Source: Octopus sinensis (taxonomy: Eukaryota). Taken from it: DNA of 64,000 nt. Numbering within the stretch: the first letter of the stretch is position 1; each line of letters opens with the position of its first letter. Shown piece by piece: positions 54,861 to 64,000 of this stretch. Made by a program: the position numbers and the translations under genes. The notes under the pieces were generated by a model that saw only the letters and a program-made list of their open reading frames with translations, made no database searches and was not told the origin of the DNA. Location of the stretch: NCBI RefSeq assembly GCF_006345805.1, contig NC_043002.1, positions 38,998,001 to 39,062,000 on the forward strand, given 5' to 3'.

Positions 54861-55716
54861 GACCATGAGGCATCATGATATTCGTTCTTCTGTCTTGCAT
54901 CAATGCAAGAGAAAACAGTGGTGGATAAACGGAATTTTACTTACAGCGTCGTACATTAAACTTGAAGCAGAATATATGTACTGTGATAAATGAAAGTTAT
55001 TATAGAAAGATTTTGGGTCAGTTGATTTGGGTCATTTCTACTGTTTTTGATATCCTTCTTAATTGTCAATTCGATAATTCTTGATCTTGACATAAACGAG
55101 TGAGTTAATTCATTTTTTTTTTCGTTTTTTTTTTCTATATAATTCTATTTTATAGTTTTCAGTCTGTCCGGAGCTTTTAAATTTAACAAGCCATCTATTA
55201 ATTATTGTTTAATAATCTTATTCAAATACAGGTCTACATCAAGATAAGAACTGAAACTAATTAATTGTCTTCACAGGGTTTTTGTGAAAAGACATTTTGT
55301 AATTAGGCAGTGAACTAAAATTAAAATTGCTTTGTTTTTACTGTGGAGTAATTAGGACAGACAGGATTAGTTTTTGGAAAGCCAAAAAATGTACAAAAAG
55401 AAATCTCCGAGTAATTTTATTGTAAATTAAACATTAGAATAATTACTGTTGACAGGGGCAGAAATCGATCAGGCATGATAAATTAAATACTGGAACGCCA
55501 CTAAATTGGATTTTAAGAAGTTATCCTCGCAAGAACTTTTCTACTACTTAATGGGAATAGAAAAAGAAAAGAAATAAATAAATTTCCTCTTCTTCAAATT
55601 AAATACATATCAAAAAGTTTTAGATAAAGTAAATAATTTTTAAATCTCAGAATGACTTAGTCGAAGAAGAATATTTTTTGAAAACTATTCTTGCTAATGT
55701 TTCACTGATACAGTAA

Positions 55717-55805
<89 letters not shown>

Positions 55806-55808
55806 TGT

Positions 55809-55845
<37 letters not shown>

Positions 55846-56065
55846 CTATGGTAATTATCTATGTTCGACACAGGAAACCAATACCATAATATTTAGACTG
55901 CAGAGAAAAAGCAATTTATATTTTATTTGTTCTGTTTTAGTGTATTTATTTTTTACTCTCTAAATCATTCTTACCCTTTTTATTATATATTATTGTTTGA
56001 GCTTAACGATTCTCATTACTTAAGCACTGTTTTAGCTACATTTAATAACACCAGGTTTTGGAGCA

Positions 56066-56127
<62 letters not shown>

Positions 56128-59100
56128 AGAGATATCAAAATTTACTTAATTGATAACACTGATTTCTGATACAAGGCGCAAGGCTCCTATTTAGCGGTAT
56201 TCAATTATACAGCACTCTCATCTTAGAATATGGTTGGTTTCGTATTTAACGAATCATATTGAAGGATTTTGATAATCACGGTGTCATAAATTCCTATGAC
56301 CCAAGGTTATTAATGCCGTTATTCGAAAACATTAGGACAGTCCACTGCAGAACTAGTTGAGCGACTGCGAAAATACCTTTCAATATGTAGTCAAGATTTG
56401 GATTCAAATTTCGCTGGGTCTAATATAATAAACATTAGCCAAGTACAAAAGTAGTTCAATCGACATACTCCTTTTAATATTATCGCTTTTGGATAATTAA
56501 AAACACGAATGTGTTTGGTTCTACATTTCGTTGTTCTGACTTTAAATACTGCCAATGGTTTAACTTAGTATTCATTCTTCTAGTATAAGACACTGCGATC
56601 GAATCTCATGTTATGCATGGCAAAACAGAAAGTCATTATAGAAAGACAGATATACGTATGTACCTATGTATGTATGTATGTATGTATGTATGTATGTATG
56701 TACGTACGTATGAATGTATGCATGTATGAATGAATGTATATATGTATGTATGATTGTATGCAGTTTGTATGTATGTATATGACTGGTTTTTCCAAGTTAT
56801 TGAGCTAATTTGACAAAGGTTTCAAGTGCGAAGTAATCAATACATAATGCTAATAAAATTCTTTACATCTTTCTGCAAAATGAGAAATGCTGTAGTGTTG
56901 TTATCGTTTGTTGTTGCTGTTGTTTTTATTGTCGTCGTCGTAGTAACTATTTACTGATTGCTTTTTGTCTGTCGCAACTGTTGTACTTATTAAAAATGTT
57001 AGTCTGGACTAAATCATTTTTCTCAACCAGATATGTGCGTTTTAAATCCGATCAATATTTTAATAATAACGTGGCTTATCAAGTTATAGTGCAACAGCAG
57101 CAATAGCAACAAATACAAGAAGAATAGAAATTAAAAAATAAACGAAAACAGCATTGGATGAATCAACGATTGATCTCATCAGACAGGCCACACTAATTCA
57201 CCTCGGTGAAAGAATGATGAAATAAACAAGTAAATAATACTTCATAAGCATTGTTATTTGAAAAACAAAATGGCTGACAAATTTATCATTTAAAAACAAA
57301 AACAATAGTGGCGAATGATTTCATCATAAAAGGTGAAAGAAGCCGAACATGAATGTATTGTCAGAAAGATTGCTTCGATAAACAGTTACAAACAAAAATA
57401 AATATGAAACTTTTGTTGTTTTGTTTGGGTTCTTGTATTAAATTTGATATTATTTTCTATTTTGTTTGACTCTGTATGTTTATTTTCCTTTTTAATATCT
57501 CCTTTCGATCTTTGAATGAAACTGGTTCTTATTCCATCTATAAGGAAAAACGATTTTACAGCTTTTATTTTTAATTTATCTTATGTTAAAATGCTTCAGT
57601 GCGTTAGTTTACTATCTAATATCTACAATATAAAAACCGAAAAATGTTAACTTTTCAATAAAAAAAAAACAGCGAAAAATAAATGAAAGTATTCTGAACT
57701 TTTATGATCGCTCCAAAACAGCATTATGAACGCTCTGCAAATATTCCATATAATATCAAAATAATTCCTTTAATCACGTCTAAATTTAATTTATTTATAT
57801 ATTACTAGTAGTTATAGTATTAGAGTTTGTTGCTGATTCTTAGCGTTAAGTTTATAATTGCTGCTGTTGATATTATTATCATCATCATCATTATATTATT
57901 ATTATTATCATTATTATTATTATTATTATTGATATTATTATCCTAATTTTTATATACGTTCATGCCTACAAAACGATTGATTATGATCATTATTCATATG
58001 CGATTCTACTGATGTATGTGTATGCGTGCGTATATATAAATATATGTGTGCATGTATGTACGTATATGCATGTGTAAATGTATATATGTATATATGTGTG
58101 TGTGTCTGTGTGCGTGCGTGTGTGAGTGGTTATGTGCAATAAACAATTTTAGATGAAAACATTCCTAAGAATTAGTTTTTACGCTAAACCATAGATTAAA
58201 ACATTTTGTTAGGTCTGCACTTCCATGATGTCTGCAATGTTTGTACGTGACAGGTGAAGGAGAGATAATTTCTCTGCTGGCTTGATTCATAAGTATTATT
58301 GAATAACAGCATGAATTAAGACCTTTATCTATTGCACTATTTATCATCAACGTTTCTCTCTTGGCTATCAGCATATAACGCTTTGCTTACAGCTGCTTTT
58401 GCTTTTCTTTGTATCCTATACTTTCAAAATATAAGACCTTGCGGGTATGATGATTGCGTTGAACTTAGACTAAGAAAATTTATAAAGGCATTTAGATGTT
58501 GCTATCTTTAAACAGAAAATCTGATGGATTAACTAACTGTCTGTATAACTGCATCTGATAGGTAGTCCGTACCTTGCAACAAGTATTATGCTGGGTTCGT
58601 ATAAAAGTGCACAACTTCAAACGACATAAAGTGCCAATACTGTAATTTAGTGGGGGCATTGCAAAAGGGAAATGCATTTCAACTGTTACTTCAGCGAAGC
58701 AGTTGTTCCCCTAAACCATATTGCTCTAGGTATACATGCATAGAAATGAAGACCTTACTATACAGTATGCTGTAATGGGCTTTAGGACTCCCTTAGTTAT
58801 TTTTATTCTACGTAAACGTCATTTCTTAATACAATATTACTTTATTTACGTAAATGTGTATATGTGTGTTTATCAGTATACATGTGAAAAGAAAGGAAAT
58901 GCTCGTAACGTAAGCGTACATAGAAAGAGGCAAGAAGGAATAAGGAGAAGAATTCACCGATATGATGATGTTGTGGGTGAATTGCAACACTGTAAAAAGT
59001 TGTATTGCGCAACAACAAAGCAGTATTACACAGCAACAAAGCAATTGGAATGATACGCCTTGAAATGTGTGCAGTTAATAATGGCAGGACAATATCGGGG

Positions 59101-59739
59101 AAGAGCATAGCTGTGATATTGCAACTTAGTTTTAAAGCAGCTGGAGCAGGGACAACGCAATTGCGCAGAGAAGTTGCAGTTTTACCACAAAGCAGGTTGT
59201 TGCATATGTAACAAGGCTAAATATTTTATGACAGATGCATGCAACTTGTATTAAGCGTGTGTTGTTGCTTTAAAATTATTGCAGAGAAATGCTGTTTATA
59301 CGTATATCTTTCAGTAATACGATTGATTGCATGGTAATGGAATGGAATAATTTACGATGTACCAACACATTTTTAATGCAAAGCAACTGTTTGGTAGTGC
59401 TTCAACATAATAGAAGGATATTTAGATTAAAGATAAATTTCTATAGACCTAACCTATCGTTAGCTAGTGCGTGGTAGAGCATAACTGTTTTAACATTGCG
59501 CTTCATTTATATTTGTTTGCTTTTTCTTATTTATTTAGATTGTGCTGAATAGAAGCTATATATAAGAACGTTCTATATTTTAATGGAAGATGAATGGGAC
59601 ACCACAAGGACTATTCCATTTCCAAGAGCATTAATATTGTCAATTTTGCGAATTCTGCCAACAGAAATTGCAATTAGGTAACAGTATTGAGGTTACTTAT
59701 TTCTGTACGATTCTCGAACAATCTATTGAGTGTTACTTC

Positions 59740-60065
59740 TGTTGTTGCTGTTGTTGTTGTTATTTATCTCCCGATCAGCCCTAACGGAGAATACCCACAA
59801 TCAAAAATTTTTCATTGTAATCGTCTCGCCTTTTTTTCAATCATAGTATATTTAGGACTACTTTTTCAAATATGGTCCTTGTTGCTACCCCATCTCTTAT
59901 CAGCCCTGCTGGAGATGTATTATCTAATAAGTTCCAGCAGTGACCAGTCCATTTTTACTCAGGCATAATGTATCTGGGACTACATTTTGCAAAGCGTCTT
60001 GCCTGTTTGAAAATGGTATGTTTTAGCATCAAATAAATTTTGGTTACTGTTTCTAACAGGTCGAC
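59740..60065 (-). repeat. Old interspersed repeat family (related diverged copies ~20700-20900, 22030-22200, 27230-27400, 29050-29240, 35820-35980)
   Basis: Shared motifs ...gccaaat..ccctcaaatcac... / aatgtagtc..agatac / ctggaat..ctttgatc; recognised by eye only. Confidence 0.4.
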
Positions 60066-60384
60066 CGATCACATAGAAGCACCCTATATCAAATTATAGT
60101 AGGTCTGCGCCAAAGTTTGCTATTTGTAGTTAAGCTACTATTAAACAGAGTGTGTCACGCCCTCGTAGAGGTCAAGAGAAACAATTAGATTCGATTACAA
60201 GTACAATCGGACGAAACCACAAATGGCAGAACCATTTAAATGGAATCTTAATCCATACAGAATCATCATTGCTATCTGTTGAAATTTTGTGCGCTTATAT
60301 TGACCCTACTCAATAAGAATGAAGTTTATTTTGAGTTCTGTGCCTTATGGAGGGGTATGAAGCTATTTATTATTAAGTCGATAG

Positions 60385-60580
60385 ATTCGTTAACATACCG
60401 GACAAAATGCTTGGCGGTATTTCGACCGTCTATACATCCTGAGTTCAAATTCCGCAAAGATTGACTTTCCCTTTCATCCTTTCGGGGTCGATAAATTAGG
60501 CACCAGTCAAGCAGTGGGAACGATGCAATCGACTAGCACCCTACCCCAAAATCCTAGGCTTTGTGTCTATAGTAGAAAGG
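60385..60580 (+). mobile_element. SINE family A, diverged
   Basis: aaatgcttggcggtatttcg...gagttcaaattccgc...ctttcatcctttcggggtcgataaatt. Confidence 0.7.
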
Positions 60581-62688
60581 ATTATTATTATTATTACACT
60601 CAGAAAAGTACTACACGTGGAATTTTGTACTCAGAACTCACAGAGCCGGAACAGATATCAAAAGGCACCCTGTCTAATGCTCTAAATTCCACTAATCCAC
60701 CGATATGAACTGGTACTTTACTTATCAACCTCGAAAGGCTGAAAGACACATATGGTCTCGGCGGGACTTAAACTCGGAGAGCAGAAAGCCAGAACAAATA
60801 ACCCCAAGTAATCAATCGGACGCCCTAACGGCTCTATCAATTTGCCACATATTCTCACTATAATCCTAATAAAACGGGGATTTCATTCTAAGGTACAATG
60901 CTTCTTCGGTTTATAAGGGTGAAGGTAGACTCATTTGTGCTTTTCTGAGGAATTTAGCGAGAGTCGTGGGGTAAAACAGATGTGATGGAAGATACGTTCT
61001 CAGATGTGTTGATGGTATTTTACAACAGAGCTGAAATGAGTTATTGCCGCTGTAATGTGACGAAAAATATTTAGACTATGATTATATTAATAATTAGGAA
61101 AATGGTTTAGATATGTTGACTCCAACTCGAAATTTATTGTTATCCACTTCTGCTAGTTTGAATGAAATAAAACTTAAATTTAATAAGCAATATTAGTTGA
61201 ATGTCTATCTGATATATTTGATTATCACTGAAGATTTTTACAGCACAGCTTTATAATCAAAATAAGGAATGTTATCAACATGTGATTATACGTATGTATT
61301 GCTATTATTGCTTGTATCACTGATGAATTTAACTGATTGATCTTTTATCACTAAATATGTGACATCCTTGTTAAATGGTTTGTTCGTTCACCTTTCATTA
61401 GCAACTTATTAGATGAAGCTAAAAGAAGAAAAAATCATTCAATGTTAGAAAATAAATGAAAGATTAATGTTCAATATAGATGTTGGCTTACGTTTCCTGC
61501 TATCCATTGTGAAACTGCCTGAAATAAAGAAATTTGGGCAGCGTAAAAAGCATGTGGTGTGTATTATTTCGTAGCTGGGTTTCCATAGCTATTATTTTTT
61601 CACTTTTTCCACGTTGGCTCGCTTTTGAGATTTAAAAAGAAAATTGAGAATCAACGTGATCAAAATATAATTACAACTGACAAGAATTCAAAAAGTGAAA
61701 ACAAAAAAATAGAAATAACAAATATAAACAACAATCAAAATAAAATCAGAATACATCATTCAACTGCGTAAATTGAACAAAAATGACAGGAAAATGATAG
61801 TGATTTTAGGTTTTTATAAATCAATCACGAACTATATCTTTAACACGAAGTAATCCTTCAATTCAAAAGACACGGCAGACGCATAATTGCAACAGTATAG
61901 GATAATATACAAATAGCCACTTGGCTTAGAACCTATCTCGAGTTCTCACTGTCCTGAGTTAAAATCATGTGGGTGTTAACTTGTATCGTTCCTGTAGGTA
62001 ACTTTTCTTTTGTACAAGACGTTATGTCGTAAAGGGAGATAAGTTGTTTCTCATTTGTGTATGATTTATTTGTGCCTTGTAGATTAAGCTCTGATAGATA
62101 GATTCGAGGTTTATTTAATATTTTTGTGAACTACTCTTATAAGGAAGACCAAGAATCTAATCATATTACACTTGTAGCAAACGTATATATGAATATTTAT
62201 CCTTCTTTTAACCATTTTTTCAAAGTTATTATTACAAATTATGAATAGCTTGTTGCTGTAAAGTATTTACCATAGCTGCAATAGATGATCCCAGGTGAAA
62301 CCTAATAAACAACATATATCAGTTGATAAAAATACTGATTTTAATAAATATCTTCTCAATGGTCACTGCCCATTACATCTCAAGACATAATTCTAACTAA
62401 AATTGTAACATGTAGTAAGATTCAATTTCCATTTGAGACTAATATATTTCGTTTTTGTATTTGTTAAGCAAGATTCCTAATATGAACTTGTGTGCTGAAA
62501 AAATTTTGTTGTATCATGAGAGGATCATTGCACCAATAATAAACACACGCACTGGTTCAATTTCACTTCTATATTATTAGTTAGTCAATTGGTTGGTTAT
62601 TTAACCAACTAACTATTCGATTGCTCGCTTAATCCGTCAGTTAATCAATCAATGAGTTGTTTGCCAATGTCCATTAGTCGTTACTTAC

Positions 62689-62948
62689 CATCTCATGAAT
62701 CACATACTCTCTCTCCTCCTATTCTTCTTCTGAAGGAGACCTTGAGGAAATGGCACAGCAATCCGGAAGGATTCGGAGCAGATTTGCGTTTATTATTGAC
62801 ACAATAACACTCCCACGATACAACATATTTTTCTCATATTTTCAAAAACCCAGCAGTAAACTTTTGTTTGTTTGTTTTTTATCCCCGTGGAAAGGTTAGT
62901 TAATCCTTTAAAGAGTGCGACTGGAACAACTTTGAGACAGCCAACTGA
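62689..62948 (-). promoter_or_regulatory. Candidate first exon/TSS of the minus-strand gene (unconfirmed)
   Basis: Initiator-like TCAGTT on the minus strand at 62948-62943, non-repetitive leader, and a strong donor ATG|gtaagt at 62689/62688. Signals only; the leader contains short upstream ORFs. Confidence 0.25.
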
Positions 62949-63624
62949 ATAATAACTTCACAAAGAAAAATATTAACAATTACAACTATTTGCCTTGCTT
63001 CAACAGTGTATCTAACACTAACTAGATAATACAATAATGCAATGTAATCACTTTATCTTTTAAGTGTTTCAGTCATTGAACAGCAGTTAACCATGCTAGG
63101 GAACATCCACGAAGGGTTTAGTCAAACGATCGACCGCAGTACATATGTTTTTAAGCCACGCGCCTCCACATAAGCTGTATTCTATAACATGCCTGTCGAC
63201 AGCGACACATAGCGCACTTATTTAGTGATAAACGGTGGTCTTCGAAAATGAAACTCTCCTGGCAATTAACATGTTATAATAATGCATAGCTATAAGCATC
63301 TACCTAAAAAATACATGTACACGTTTAAGTGACACTTTGATTAATGGGATTATTAAAGGGGTTGAAATTTCGACAGGTGGGCCTAAAATAACCCGTAGTT
63401 TAACTAAGTGTTTGTTGTTTTAGTTGCTAGTTGTCCAAGCGGGAAATACTTAATTGTTGCTGAATATCGGAAATGGCATTAGTTTTTCAAGAACATTCTT
63501 AGATTTTACCCAATAAAATTTTTTTAATTTAACTCCTACAAAATTTCGGTTTTGTATTTGGTTTGCAAGATTCTATATGTGAATTCGTGTGTTGAAGCAT
63601 ATCATATTGTGTCTGGGGGAGAGA

Positions 63625-63756
63625 CATTCTGTTTTAATGCCTTATTAATTAACACACTCACAGGTTCGATTTCCACTCATTTACTTATTTATTATCTTTT
63701 TTTTTCTGAGTTGAAATCGAACCGGTGAGTGTGTTAATAAAGCATTAAAACAGAAT
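63625..63756. repeat. Short foldback (arms ~63625-63679 and 63708-63756); related diverged single copy at ~62450-62570
   Basis: attctgttttaatgc...acacactcacaggttcgatttc / gaaatcgaaccggtgagtgtgtt...gcattaaaacagaat. Confidence 0.7.
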
Positions 63757-64000
63757 CACTTTCCACTAAATTAACAAATGAAAAAAATATTCATTGACGT
63801 TAATTATTCGAGGGCGTCATCTGCACGACAAAGTATAGTTAAGTATTCCTAAATATGAATGAAAATATGTATGTATGTATTCATATATGTATGTAAATAT
63901 ATACATACACACATATAGCTATGTATGCAGGTATATATGTACACTTATAGACATACGCATATATTTATGTGTGTGTGTATGTATGTATGTAATGTGTGTG

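Overview
AT-rich, microsatellite-saturated animal genomic DNA. The SINE families and repeat landscape suggest an octopus or other coleoid cephalopod (inference). Almost all listed ORFs are microsatellite translation artefacts. The one real host gene I can support is on the minus strand: two coding exons (41151-41455 and 23284-23740) joined in frame across a 17.4 kb GT-AG intron. They encode a synaptopodin-2/myozenin(calsarcin)-like protein with two copies of the 'RGAxxFAKRQxRSxKW' motif; its 5' and 3' exons are uncertain. The rest is transposon debris: mariner and Tigger relics, Tc1/Tigger/Merlin-type MITEs, RTE/CR1/Tx1 LINE fragments, three SINE families and a 100-N gap. The most striking non-coding signal is a set of at least four unrelated foldback (long inverted-repeat) elements. 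Each arm carries a minimal type I hammerhead ribozyme motif, one element is nested in another, and a related foldback still encloses a Penelope GIY-YIG remnant.
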